Shown one piece after another: positions 1 to 30,952 of a stretch of 64,000 bases of DNA. A program made the position numbers and the translations under genes. Location of the stretch: contig NIVC01000481.1 in assembly GCA_002269645.1 (NCBI GenBank), positions 248,001 to 312,000 on the forward strand, in the 5' to 3' direction. The notes under the pieces were generated by a model. The model saw only the letters and a list, made by a program, of their open reading frames with translations, was not told the origin of the DNA and did no database searches. Position 1 is the stretch's first letter; every line of letters starts with the position of its first letter. This DNA comes from Macrostomum lignano (taxonomy: Eukaryota).

Positions 1-100
1 CCCACTTAACGCTTTTTAAATTAATAACCTATGAAAGCATCGTGCCTTCAACTTACCATTCGAGCTAATGCAAAATTTGACCTTCAATTTAACCGCACAG

Positions 101-18025
<17,925 letters not shown>

Positions 18026-18224
18026 GCTTTTTCGTCTTCACACAAATAGATTTTTTCGTCTCGTCAGTTTCTTTAGTTTATATTTATCTAAAATTTTGGA
18101 TAAACTGTAGTTACACGATTATTGAACGATTGAGAGCAGCGCTTCTAATGGGAAATCTCATTTGCGTTGCCACAATTACCTGGAGCAGAAAAACTAAATG
18201 GGTAAATTCCATGTGTGATGTTAA

Positions 18225-18415
18225 AAATAGATCAGGGAAACCCTCAGTTGTTGTAATTAGAACAGGAAAACCCTCAGCTGGTAAATCCCATGTGTGTTGC
18301 TATAATTAGATCAGGAAAACCTTCAGCTAGTAAATCCCATGTGTTGCTATAATTAGATCAGGAAAACCCTCAGCTAGAAAATCACATGTGTGCTGCTATA
18401 ATTAGATCAGGAAAA
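18225..18415. repeat. ~55-bp tandem repeat (3-4 copies) downstream of the EVC2-like stop
   Basis: Recurring AATTAGATCAGGAAAACCCTCAGCT...AATCCCATGTG. Confidence 0.75.
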
Positions 18416-19273
18416 ATTCTATTGTCGTCAGTGATTTATCACTAAACTACTCATACAATAGAGATAAATTCTTTTCTGTGAAGTGAAGCGCAAGATGCTA
18501 TTCATATCTTGTCTGTCTGTGATTTGTTATTGCTTATACTTACTGTCTATTTGATTAAACATGTGCATAGAAGCAAATGCAGCAGAGATTCGCTTATTTT
18601 CTACTTTGCACTCGTACCTACTATTTCTTAACTCCGTTTGACGTATTCAGGTTGTTTAATTGGCCGGATTATACTTGAAGTTGTACATTGGTTTCAAGAT
18701 GGTTTTTTTGTTTCATTTCTTCTTCTTCTACATTCCTAAATTTGATGCAGCACTGTCTGACACACGACTTCCTCGACGATGCCTTATTAATGATTTATTT
18801 ATATACTACATGTAATACTCTTGTGACTACGGTCTAATCACTTTATTGGTATTCCCCGCGCTATTTTTAGTAGGGAAATCCTCAACACGATCCTTTAATT
18901 AAAAGAACATTTAGTAAATTTACTGATTTGAAATTGACTTCTGAAACATGTTCAATCAGCAGATCGCCTTTGTTGTGCATTCTGTACTGCCAAGATTATT
19001 TATATTTTTATAACTGCTTAAAATTCTTGAAAATAAAATTGAAAAGATGATTGTTAAATTTTAGAAATTTTCTTTTGCCTAATAACACGAATATTCGAAT
19101 CACTACTCAACAGTGAATTAGATGGCGAGATGCTATATTTATGCATATTTAAATATACTGTTATTGTTTTATATTTACTGACTTAGCGTCCAAGCTTTGC
19201 CTAATTAGTCAGGAGATTGACTCTCAAACCTGAGACTACTTCTCTTGGTTTTTTATAGTAGTAGTACTAGTAG

Positions 19274-20005
<732 letters not shown>

Positions 20006-20689
20006 GCGCTGTAAAAGTCTGTACATCGGAAATCCATGCAAAAGAAATAGTTGAGTGTATTTTTCTAAAGCTTGAAACTCGCGCAGCTTCACTGCGGTAG
20101 AGAGAGCACACGGGGCTCATTAAAATTCCTTATTATGCCTGGTTATGGCAGTGACTGAGCTGCTACAATATTTCTTTACCCCTCCTCTCTCCTGGTTGGT
20201 CGATGCTCACTAGTAGAGATTGGTGGAGAATCAAAATTTATGCTTGTAAACTCTGCCCAAGAGCAAGCACAGCCACTGGCTTCTTTTAAATAAGCTAACC
20301 AACCTTAGAATTTTTCATTCTCAACTCTGGCTGCTTTTTGGTAGGTCGCAGATGAAATTGCGCAATTTATATTTAACTACACACAGGACCCGACTTCAAA
20401 GACTCGAACAGCCGAAGCTATTTAAGCTGCTAGAGTCATAGCTGGTATTCAAAAGCATTCCGAGAAGATTGTTTAGGAGAGAGAAAAAGAGGCAGACAAA
20501 AAGGCTCAATAAGAGAAAAAATTAGAAAGACAGTCAAAACTAGTTGAAAGAGTTTTCATTGCTTCTACTTTGCTCAGGCTGTGTGCGCGGCTCAATGAGA
20601 AGGGACGAATTTCACAGTGACTCAGGTATGCCGCTGGTTTGCTCTGCTTTTTTGGAACAGGAGAGGTCAGCTTTGAGGAGGGATGGATA

Positions 20690-21380
20690 TAGGGGAGAGT
20701 AAAGGAGAGATGAGAGAAGGAGAGGGCAGAAAAAACGGAGGGATGGAGCGGGAGAGATGGGTGGAGCAGACTGAGGGAGAGGGTGATGAAGGGAAAGAAG
20801 AGAGGGAGAGTGAATGAGAGGAGAGGAAAGGGTGAGAGAAGGAGAGGGGCGAGGAGAAGGGTGAGAAGGAGAGGGGAGAGAAGGAGAGGGGAGAGAAGTA
20901 GAGGGGAGAGGAGAGGGAGAGAGGGAGAAGGAGAGAAGGAGAGGACGAGAAGGAGAGGGAGAGAAGAAGAGGGAGAGGGAGAGAAGAAGAGGGAGAGAGA
21001 GAAGGAGAGGGGAGAAGGAGAGGGGAGGGGAGAGGGAGAGAGGGAGAGGGAAGAAGGAGAGGGGAGGGGAGAGGGAGAGGGGAGAGAAAGAGAAATAGAG
21101 GGAGAGAAGAAGAGGGAGAGGGAGAGAAGAAGAGGGAGAGGGAGAGAAGAAGAGGGAGAGGGAGAGAAGAAGAGGGAGAGAGAGAAGGAGAGGGGAGAAG
21201 GAGAGGGGAGGGGAGAGGGAGAGAGGGAGAGAAAGAGAAGAGAGGGAGAGAATGAGAGGGAGAGGAGAGGGAGACAGGGAGAGGGAGAGAAGGAGATGGG
21301 AAATAAGGAGAGGGAGAGAGAGATAAGGGATCAGAGAAGGAGAGGGGATAGAATGATAAGGGGGAGAGGAGAGGGGAGAA
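20690..21380. repeat. Polypurine (GA-rich) low-complexity tract
   Basis: About 700 nt almost exclusively A/G. Confidence 0.9.
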
Positions 21381-21831
21381 TTTAGTTGCTTGAATTACGA
21401 GTATCAGAGTTCACCGAGTTCACTAAGATCCAAAATCCAACGCAGATGCAGGGGTTCGTATTATAATTTTCTTCTTCAAAAGCGCTTCAGTCTCAAAAGC
21501 CAACCAAAGAGTTTGCAAATCCAACCATAAAGTGCTCAATCACTTGACTGCCAGGCTGAGAGCAGATTAAAGATAATTTGCCGATTAATTGGTGCGATAA
21601 ATTTATAGTTGCTTGGACTCTTAGAAGGAATTCTGTGACCACTCTTGGTGTACAAATTGTCCTCATCTGACCCCGCGCGAGTTGCCTTCTCTTCTCTTTA
21701 GTTAGACCTTGCAGAATCTTCATTCTTGGATGATGTGGATATCTTCTTCTATGAATCCTAATTAAGTTTGGCCTGGGTTTAATCTGATCATTTTATACTT
21801 AGCTAATTTAATTTTTGTTAGAAAACTTAAA

Positions 21832-22480
21832 GATCATAGACCTTAATGGGTTGATCATAGACCTTAATGGGTTGATCATAGATCTTAATGGGTTGATCAT
21901 AGACCTTAATGGGTTGATCATAGACCTTAATGGGTTGATCATAGACCTTAATGGGTTGATCATAGACCTTAATGGGTTGATCATAGACCTTAATGGGTTG
22001 ATCATAGATCTTAATGGGTTGATCATAGACCTTAATGGGTTGATCATAGACCTTAATGGGTTGATCATAGACCTTAATGGGTTGATCATAGACCTTAATG
22101 GGTTGATCATAGACCTTAATGGGGGTTGATCATAAACCTCAATGTTTTGATCATAGATCTTAATGGGTTGATCATAGATCTCAATGGGTTAATTACGGTG
22201 TATAGACTTCAACCATGCTTCAAGTAGATCTAGATAGATTGATCATAGATGTAGATAGACTGATCATAAATCCAGATAGACTGATCATAGATCTAGATAG
22301 ATCGATCCTAGATCTAGATAGATTGATCATGGATCTATATAGATTGATCATAGATCTAGATAGATTGATCATGGATCTATATAGATTGATCATAGACCTC
22401 AATATGTTAATCATAGACCTCAATAGGTTGATCATAGACCTCAATGAGTTGATCATAAACTCAATTGGTTAATCATAAAC
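21832..22480. repeat. 21-bp minisatellite (GATCATAGACCTTAATGGGTT)n with a diverged second block
   Basis: About 15 near-perfect copies followed by diverged copies. Confidence 0.92.
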
Positions 22481-22580
22481 CTCAATGGGTGGATCACAGA
22501 TCACGGAAATTCACTGGGTATTTGCATTTGATTTATCCAAGACCAACGACGAGAGGAAAAAATCAACCACTTCCGCAGCT

Positions 22581-24115
22581 ATGCTGTTGTCAACGCTAAT
22601 CCTGCTGCTTAGCAACCATTTCCTATCGGCTGACTCAACTCCAAGCATCGTCGCTGTCAATGAGAACGACGTGTTTAACTTCGATTTCACCTGGAGACCA
22701 TTGAGACCGATGGCCAATGAGACTGTGCACTTTAGAGCAATCGACACCGGACAATCGGTGATGCAGCGGTGGAGTCTGACTAATACCAGCTTCCGGTGGT
22801 ACCGACAGCTTCCGTCTGCCGACTTCCGGCTGGTGCACGTCGGCAGGCGGTACAGTCGAAGGGCTTCGGGATACTTCGAGGGCCGATACCGGCTGAGTGT
22901 GCGAGTGTAAGGCTTAACTTGACATATAGTGACTGGCTAGCTACCGATATGTATCGATAGTGATTTTAGGCAATTAGAATTAAATGAAGGTTGTAGAGTT
23001 CCTTGTAGAGTTAAAGTGACCCAACAAAACAAGCTTCTAAGAAAAGAAGTGACCTACATAATCGAAGTAATAGGAGTAACCATACTGAGGTTTTCAACGA
23101 AAAAGACCTACACGTAGTTGAGGTTTTCTTTAAAAAAGAAGTTCTTCAAGAATAGAATTTATTCAAGCTTAGTTTTCTGGCAAGAGAAGTGGACCTATGG
23201 TCAAAGTTTTCTTAGAAAAACCAGCTTGACCAAATTAAAAGTTGCGTCTAGGAAGAATTAAGGAAGAATAAGTGACCTACTTAAGATTTCTAAGAATAGA
23301 AGTTACCTAACTAAGGTTTTTTAAGGACCTAATTAAGGTTCTATACGAAGAAAAGGACTCCCAAGGCCTTCAGAGAATATAAGAGACCTAACCTAGATCA
23401 GTGACCTTGACTAAGGTTTTAAGAGAATGTACTCGTAACTGTCCTAAACATTTTTAGCTGAGAAAATCATATCCAGTTAGGAATCAAAAGTACATATTCT
23501 ACATTATGCAACTGTCTGTCCCAATGACCTCGATCACCACTCAGAAACGGGCAGCCACAGCCAGAATCGGACAATCAACCTACCAGCTGGTCCAGGGTTG
23601 ACATTGTAAAGTACATTGGCCTTCAACGCCGAATTCATTCGGCACTGATTGTGAAAAATCGCACGACGAAACATGGACGGGGTCGCCGTATCGTGTGTCG
23701 ATTCTGGGGCTACCCTCAGGTTGAGAGTCTCGAGTTCAGGCCGCCAACCTCGCCGCACTCGCCTGCCGTCTGTCGGACAATGTCCGGCCATTTTGAGACG
23801 ATCGAAACCGAGCCCTACATTGACCTGGTGTCCGACTGCTCAACTGACACCCTGCCGGCTGGCGAGTACAGTTGCTACGGAAGAAATTCTGTTGGCGAGG
23901 GACGACTCAAGTGTCGTCTGGATGAAGGACAAGGGGAATTTCTGGGAAACATGACTCAATGCTGGGACACTCTAGCCGAAGATTCTAGCGTTGAGTCTAG
24001 CAGGAAAGTTTACAGGCAGATTGTTGCCAACAATGGGATTAACAAGCCGGAATCAGTTGCCATGGCAACCGCATTTGGTTGCCTAGCGACAGCGTTTTTT
24101 GTTTTAATCATCTAG
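22581..24115 (+). CDS. Secreted, probably GPI-anchored immunoglobulin-superfamily protein, ~298 aa, 2 exons
   Basis: Exons 22581-22906 and 23545-24115; the phase-2 join reads YRLSVRV|NGQPQP. N-terminal signal peptide MLLSTLILLLSNHFLSADS; Ig I/C2-type motif IVCRFWGYP...GEYSCYGRNSVGEG; hydrophobic C-terminus AFGCLATAFFVLII-stop with no cytoplasmic tail. Confidence 0.65.
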
Positions 24116-25159
24116 GCAAACTTTTTTTAAGATTTTTGATATGATATTTTATTATTGTTATTATTGTTAGAACTCTAGGTTAACAGGTGAAGTACTGTAT
24201 CAACTATTATATTGAATATTGGATTGTAAAAGTATTGATTTTAACAAACTGATTACCTCATTTGAAAAAATTATGTTCCCGTGAACACATTTTGTTCTAT
24301 AATAGCTTAAACATTGTATACATGCAAGGTTGTGTATTATTTTATCTTGTCAATTAGCTATAACCTTTACTTGGCTAGATTATTGTTGCTTAACTTAGTG
24401 CTTTATACTTCTACAATTAAACGTGTTCCAATATAAAGCTAATGGCCTCGTGTGTCTTAACTTATCTCATGATTTTTCCTTATTTACAAGCGCAGAGAAC
24501 TGAGAGAAGGACGACCTCAACCTTGATTGACAATTCCTCGTTTAATGCATAGATAGCAATAGTTGAGCTAGGCTAAATAATTGAGAGAGTTGAAAAAAGG
24601 ATTTGCTAAACATCAAAAAGCCAAAACGCCAAAAAGCCAAAAAGCCAAAGCCAAACGAATTTGAAATGTTGAGTTTTTAATAAATACACATTTTACCGTC
24701 CTGTTAAAATTAGACAACCATATTTCATCATTTCTACTAAACAGTAGACGGTTTACTACACGCGCTCGATGCTGGAGAAAAACAAACTAATTTTTTTCAT
24801 AGATAGCTAAATCGATGATCCATGATCAATCATACATGTATTTTAGGTTAGAATTCATGAGATATTGTGTTTTGTTGCTAAAAATTCAAAGTATTTAATT
24901 CGTCACAATGTTATAACAACTTTTTCGTCTTTAAGTCTGTATGTATCTGTAACTGTATGTAACCTTTCGTTTCGGCTTTGTTTCATTCTTACGACTTTGG
25001 TAGAAACTTTAAAGTTTTTATCTTTAAGATTTTAATGTATAAGTATAAAGACTGCTCTTCATCCCCCATTCCTATTATACATTGCATTCCTAGATGAAAA
25101 AATCAGAAAAGCATTGGATGTTTAGATAGACTTCTGCTTTCTCCATACTAGTAACTCGT

Positions 25160-25232
25160 GGCCTAGTGGCCTAATGGATAAGGCGTCTGACTTCGGATCA
25201 GAAGATTGCAGGTTCGAGTCCTGCCTGGGTCG
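25160..25232 (+). tRNA. trnR-UCG: tRNA-Arg (anticodon TCG)
   Basis: GGCCTAGTGGCCTAATGGATAAGGCGTCTGACTTCGGATCAGAAGATTGCAGGTTCGAGTCCTGCCTGGGTCG, 73 nt. Cloverleaf with acceptor stem GGCCTAG/CTGGGTC, anticodon loop CTTCGGA, T-loop GTTCGAG, and a downstream T-run (25236-25240) as Pol III terminator. Confidence 0.97.
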
Positions 25233-25594
25233 AAATTTTTGTATCGATTTTATTTTTTGAGTAGAGTCTTAAGCAAATCAAGCCCTTTCTAAGTAATTTT
25301 GTTCTTCTCTTAACGATTCTACGCCTTAATTGTAGAAACTCATTGAAGTATTATATAGTGGTGCAATATCCGATATGTAGTGTAAGCAACTTTTTACACT
25401 TGCAGTTACCTAACATTTGAATAATAACGGAATGCTGTACAAGCGTGCAGTTTGATATACAAACACTTCAAGGCGCAAGCGCGCAATTTGTAGTTACTAG
25501 CATAAACTGATTGCTAAGTACTAATGCACTTGATTTGACTCAAATCCAACAGGTGAAAGGTAAGCCGACGTGTGGCTCCATACTCTACAGGGGT

Positions 25595-25756
25595 CAGTGG
25601 CGCAACCAGGGGGGGGGGCGGGGGACCGAAAAAAAATCAAAGGGGGGACCAAGCGAATTTTCGCCAAAAACAGAGCCACCCCTCCGCCGCCCCCCCTCCC
25701 GGGACTTTACCCTCATAATCCGCCCCCCCCTTGAAAAATTTCTGGTTGCGCTACTG
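25595..25756. mobile_element. hAT-superfamily MITE (162 bp)
   Basis: 15-bp TIRs CAGTGGCGCAACCAG / CTGGTTGCGCTACTG (1 mismatch) and a perfect 8-bp TSD ACAGGGGT at 25587-25594 and 25757-25764; 8-bp TSDs are typical of hAT. Confidence 0.9.
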
Positions 25757-25796
25757 ACAGGGGTCGAGAGGTGGTTTCCTGTAGCCATTGCAGCCA

Positions 25797-25954
25797 CTGA
25801 CTGACTGACTGACTGACTGACTGACTGACTGACTGACTGACTGACTGACTGACTGACTGACTGACTGACTGACTGACTGACTGACTGACTGACTGACTGA
25901 CTGACTGACTGACTGACTGACTGACTGACTGACTGACTGACTGACTGACTGACT
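25797..25954. repeat. (ACTG)n microsatellite
   Basis: Perfect run. Confidence 0.96.
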
Positions 25955-26331
25955 AAGTGAGTGACTTTAATTTACATTCTAAATTTAATAAAAAATGCGT
26001 TTACTATCCTACTTACAGTAAATTTCAGAGACAATCTTTGTTTCGTTACGATGTCTCAGCGTAAAATTATTTACTCTATAAAAGGTCGTTAATCACTTTG
26101 TCACTAAAATCTCCTTAACCCCTTCCAGTTTAACTCTCTATTTAAGCATGTTCTTGACAGATATTTCTATCGCTTATTTTTCAGCACAATGCACCCTTGT
26201 CAGATTGAACGTGTCGCTATTCAGTCAAGATATCATCAAGATGGAACATTCTCAACGCCGCAAATTCCGGTAGTCGATACAGGATTTTTTTGTTGCAATA
26301 TTCAGAAAACAAAAGACAGAAGAAGTGAATT

Positions 26332-26700
26332 AGGGAGACAGGAGAGGTAGAGATGGTAGACAGGAGACGTAGAGAGGGGAGACAGGAGAGGTAGATATGG
26401 GAGACAGGAGAGGTAGATATGGGAGACAGGAGAGGTAGAGAGGTGAGACAGGAGAGGTAGAGAGGGGAGACAGGAGAGGTAGAGAGGGGAGACAGGAGAG
26501 GTAGATATGGGAGACAGGAGAGGTAGAGAGGGGAGACAGGAGAGGTAGATATGGGAGACAGGAGAGGTAGAGAGGTGAGACAGGAGAGGTAGAGAGGGGA
26601 GACAGGAGAGGTAGAGAGGGGAGACAGGAGAGGTAGAGAGGTGAGACAGGAGAGGTAGAGAGGGGAGACAGGAGAGTTGGATAGGGAGACAGGAGAGTGG
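26332..26700. repeat. 22-bp minisatellite (GAGACAGGAGAGGTAGAGAGGG)n
   Basis: Tandem copies. Confidence 0.9.
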
Positions 26701-27559
26701 AAGAAGGACCCGTAAACCATATCTGCAGGGTTAAGCGGCTTGGAGACACCAGAATTGAGGAAACAAATGACGGCTCTCACGAATGCGGACTGTGCCACAA
26801 TATCGCAGCGGCCCGGTGAGTCACGCACTGCAGTCTGAAAGCTATTCAACCAATCAAGTTGCCGCGCAGTTTGACAATTCAAAGTTGAGAATTGCAGCGC
26901 TGTGACTGGAGGGAGAGAGTGGGAGAGGGATTAGAGGGAGTGGGGAAAAGTCGGCAGCTAGTGGGGATTGGGCCAAAAGCTACCCTCCCCGCACTATTTT
27001 TAGCTGCAACTGCAACAGCAACTGCAAGAAGTGCACCGGCCCTCCTTGCTCTAATCTCTCTCACTACTGTCTCTTGCCTCTGAGCCATTTTCAACAACAA
27101 TTCATAATTCGATTAATATATATCATTGATTGAAACACGGTTTCTTTTTAGAAGCAAAATGAATTGCAACATGAAATAATTTTGCCATAAAAACGCTGGT
27201 AAGTGAAATGAAGTTCTTGTGCTAAGTTTTGTTTGGGTATGTCCAAAATTATGAGGTCCCGGTCAGTGTTCTGTTTTTAGTTGATTTTCCCACTGGGAAT
27301 TTTCTCTTGGTCATGCAGAGACTCGTTTGACCAGGAAGACGGCTCGGGCTGCCTCAGCGCGGTTTACTTAAAGCTAAAAAAGTTACCATCAGCAAACAGG
27401 GATACCGGCTGCTGGAAGCACTTGGGCAATGGATTGAGGCTTCTCATGTTTGGCTTTGCTGGGAGGGGATGGCGGCATCTCCACTGATGTTTGTGTAGAG
27501 TTGATTTAGGCAGGGGCTGCTTATGGGAGGCTGAATCAGCTGTTTTTCTTTAGCTCAGA

Positions 27560-28795
27560 CTAGCTCAGAGAGTAGCTCAGAGAGTAGCTCAGAGAGTAGC
27601 TCAGAGAGTAGCTCAGAGAGTAGCTCAGAGAGTAGCTCAGAGTAGCTCAGAGTAGCTCAGAGTAGCTCAGAGAGTAGATCGGAGAGTAGCTCAGAGAGTA
27701 GCTCAGAGAGTAGCTCAGAGAGTAGCTCAGAGAGTAGCTCAGAGAGTAGCTCAGAGAGTAGCTCAGAGAGTAGCTCAGAGAGTAGCTCAGAGTAGCTCAG
27801 AGAGTAGCTCAGAGAGTAGCTCAGAGAGTAGCTCAGAGAGTAGCTCAGAGTAGCTCAGAGTAGCTCAGAGTAGCTCAGAGAGTAGATCGGAGAGTAGCTC
27901 AGAGAGTAGCTCAGAGAGTAGCTCAGAGAGTAGCTCAGAGAGTAGCTCAGAGAGTAGCTCAGAGAGTAGCTCAGAGAGTAGCTCAGAGAGTAGCTCAGAG
28001 AGTAGCTCAGAGTAGCTCAGAGAGTAGCTCAGAGAGTAGCTCAGACAGTAGCTCAGAGTAGCTCAGAGAGTAGCTCAGAGAGTAGCTCAGAGTAGCTCAG
28101 AGTAGCCCAGAGTAGCTCAGAGAGTAGCTCAGAGAGTAGCTCAGAGTAGCTCAGAGAGTAGCTCCGAGTAGCTCAGAGAGTAGCTCAGAGAGTAGCTCAG
28201 AGTAGCTCAGAGTAGCCCAGAGTAGCTCAGAGAGTAGCTCAGAGAGTAGCTCAGAGAGTAGCTCAGAGAGTAGCTCAGAGAGTAGCTCAGAGAGTAGCTC
28301 AGAGAGTAGCCCAGAGATTAGCTCAGAGAGTAGCTCAGAGAGTAGCTCAGAGTAGCTCAGAGAGTAGCTCATAGAGTAGCTCAGAGAGTAGCTCAGAGAG
28401 TAGCTCAGAGAGTAGCTCAGAGAGTAGCTCAGAGAGTAGCTCAGAGAGTAGCTCAGAGTAGCTCATAGAGTAGCTCAGAGTAGCTCATAGAGTAGCTCAG
28501 AGAGTAGCTCAGAGAGTAGCTCAGAGAGTAGCTCATAGAGTAGCTCATAGAGTAGCTCATAGAGTAGCTCATAGAGTAGCTCATAGAGTAGCTCATAGAG
28601 TAGCTCAGAGAGTAGCTCAGAGAGTAGCTCAGAGAGTAGCTCAGAGTAGCTCATAGAGTAGCTCAGAGAGTAGCTCAGAGAGTAGCTCAGAGAGTAGCTC
28701 AGAGAGTAGCTCAGAGAGTAGCTCAGAGAGTAGCTCAGAGAGTAGCTCAGAGAGTAGCTCATAGAGTAGCTCAGAGAGTAGCTCAGAGAGTAGCT
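27560..28795. repeat. Mixed 12/10-bp satellite (AGTAGCTCAG[AG])n, array 1
   Basis: Tandem copies. Confidence 0.95.
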
Positions 28796-29440
28796 TAAAA
28801 CATCCCCGATTGAGCCCTAGCTGACTTGAACAATAAGATTAGGGTTATATTCGAGTATCTGGCCATGAACGGCAAGCGGTACAAATTTCTGACAATCAAT
28901 AACCATGTGCCGTAACCGCGGGACGAACAAACAATCTGTGAGACAGGAAATGCCAATGGAACCTTTGCCCCCTTCAAAGATTGATGATTCATTGGTGTCT
29001 TCCTTCCTGTCTTCTTCAGTCCGCATTGGGGCATCTCTTATTGCCGCCACAGCTATCCACGGAAACAGTCAGGAATGATACTTGGCCTATTTCCTTTCCT
29101 GGCATCACAGAGATTAATCTTGGATTATCGTTGGGGATAAAGTTCAACCATCGATTGGAGAGCGAGAAAAATGATTAATGAAAAATATGGCACAGTCATT
29201 TTTATTGTCATTTTTATCGCGGGATTGCGATTAATTTTGTTCAGTGATTGAATTGGCGAGAAGATGCTGAGAGCCGATGACGGAGCTGTCCTAATTGAGT
29301 GGCGAATTACAGTTTAAGGAAAATATCTTTGACAAATGTAGAAATGCTGCTTTTGATTGCTAATGACTCCATAGTACACTGTTCTTCATTCACTGGTCTG
29401 ATGTAATCTAGATAGTCAGGCAATCACCCACTCACTCAAG

Positions 29441-29577
29441 TCAGTCAGTCAGTCAGTCAGTCAGTCAGTCAGTCAGTCAGTCAGTCAGTCAGTCAGTCAG
29501 TCAGTCAGTCAAAGAAACTGACTGCGTGCAAAATACAAGTGTACGAAAGCAGAATAAGTCAAGTCTGTTTGCCTGCC

Positions 29578-29610
<33 letters not shown>

Positions 29611-29626
29611 TAGTGTCTGTCTGTCC

Positions 29627-29675
<49 letters not shown>

Positions 29676-29698
29676 GCCTGTCTGTCTGTCTGTCTTAG

Positions 29699-29731
<33 letters not shown>

Positions 29732-29763
29732 TAGTGGCTGTCTGTCTTAGTGTCTGTCTGTCC

Positions 29764-29802
<39 letters not shown>

Positions 29803-29862
29803 GTGTCTGTCTGTCTGTCTGTCTGTCTGTCCATCTGTCTGTCTGTCTATCTGTCTGTCTGT
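29441..29862. repeat. (TCAG)n and (TCTG)n microsatellites
   Basis: Runs at 29441-29510 and 29563-29862. Confidence 0.93.
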
Positions 29863-30361
29863 ACTTAATCATAGACCATTCAGATCATGAAGAACTAAGT
29901 CCCATATAAGAATGATCCCACACCCCGTTTCTATTCGATCCCATAGTTGGAGTGAAGCAGATTTTGGCCTTCGAGAAGAAACCGAACTCCATAGGCGAGA
30001 AAATGTGAGCACAGGAACCACCGATTCCCTGACAGCAGTCACAGCAACCTGGGAGCCCTCCAGATGGCAGTGTGACGGCTATTCTGCACCGCTTGGGCAG
30101 AGAGGGTTAAAGATTGACAGAGAAGACAGCAGGGGGAGGGGGCGTCGGGGCAAAGGCACAGGCAGGCAGTTGAGTAGGGAAATGAGCACAGACAGAAGAA
30201 TTTCTCTCTGATGTGCGGCCACCTTAAGTGCCACCTGTTGGACTTCCACGCTAAGATTCATGCGATGGTCCTGCGCGTTGGGAATGGATTTCTTAATGTC
30301 ATCTCAGGTAGCGAGACTACATATGTGAAGAAAAGTGTGCTGTTGAGGCCAGGAAAAAACT

Positions 30362-30952
30362 ACAGTAGCTCAGAGTAGCTCAGAGAGTAGCTCAGAGAGT
30401 AGCTCAGAGAGTAGCTCAGAGAGTAGCTCAGAGAGTAGCTCAGAGAGTAGCTCAGAGAGTAGCTCAGAGAGTAGCTCAGAGAGTAGCTCAGAGAGTAGCT
30501 CAGAGAGTAGCTCAGAGAGTAGCTCAGAGAGTAGCTCAGAGTAGCTCAGAGAGTAGCTCAGAGATTAGCTCAGAGAGTAGCTCAGAGAGTAGCTTAGAGA
30601 GTAGCTCAGAGAGTAGCTCAGAGTAGCTCAGAGAGTAGCTCAGAGAGTAGCTCAGAGTAGCTCAGAGTAGCCCAGAGTAGCTCAGAGAGTAGCTCAGAGA
30701 GTAGCTCAGAGAGTAGCTCAGAGAGTAGCTCAGAGAGTAGCTCAGAGAGTAGCTCAGAGAGTAGCTCAGAGAGTAGCTCAGAGAGTAGCTCAGAGAGTAG
30801 CTCAGAGAGTAGCTCAGAGTAGCTCAGAGAGTAGCTCAGAGAGTAGCTCAGAGAGTAGCTCATAGAGTAGCTCAGAGAGTAGCTCAGAGAGTAGCTTAGA
30901 GAGTAGCTCAGAGAGTAGCCAGAGTAGCGCACAGAGTACCTCAAAGTAGCCC
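30362..30952. repeat. Mixed 12/10-bp satellite (AGTAGCTCAG[AG])n, array 2
   Basis: Same unit and orientation as 27560-28795. Confidence 0.95.

Noticed and set aside
21808-22472. IIDLNGL repeats resembling a leucine-rich repeat
   Set aside because: A 21-bp tandem repeat open on both strands, with no synonymous variation pattern and no LRR spacing.
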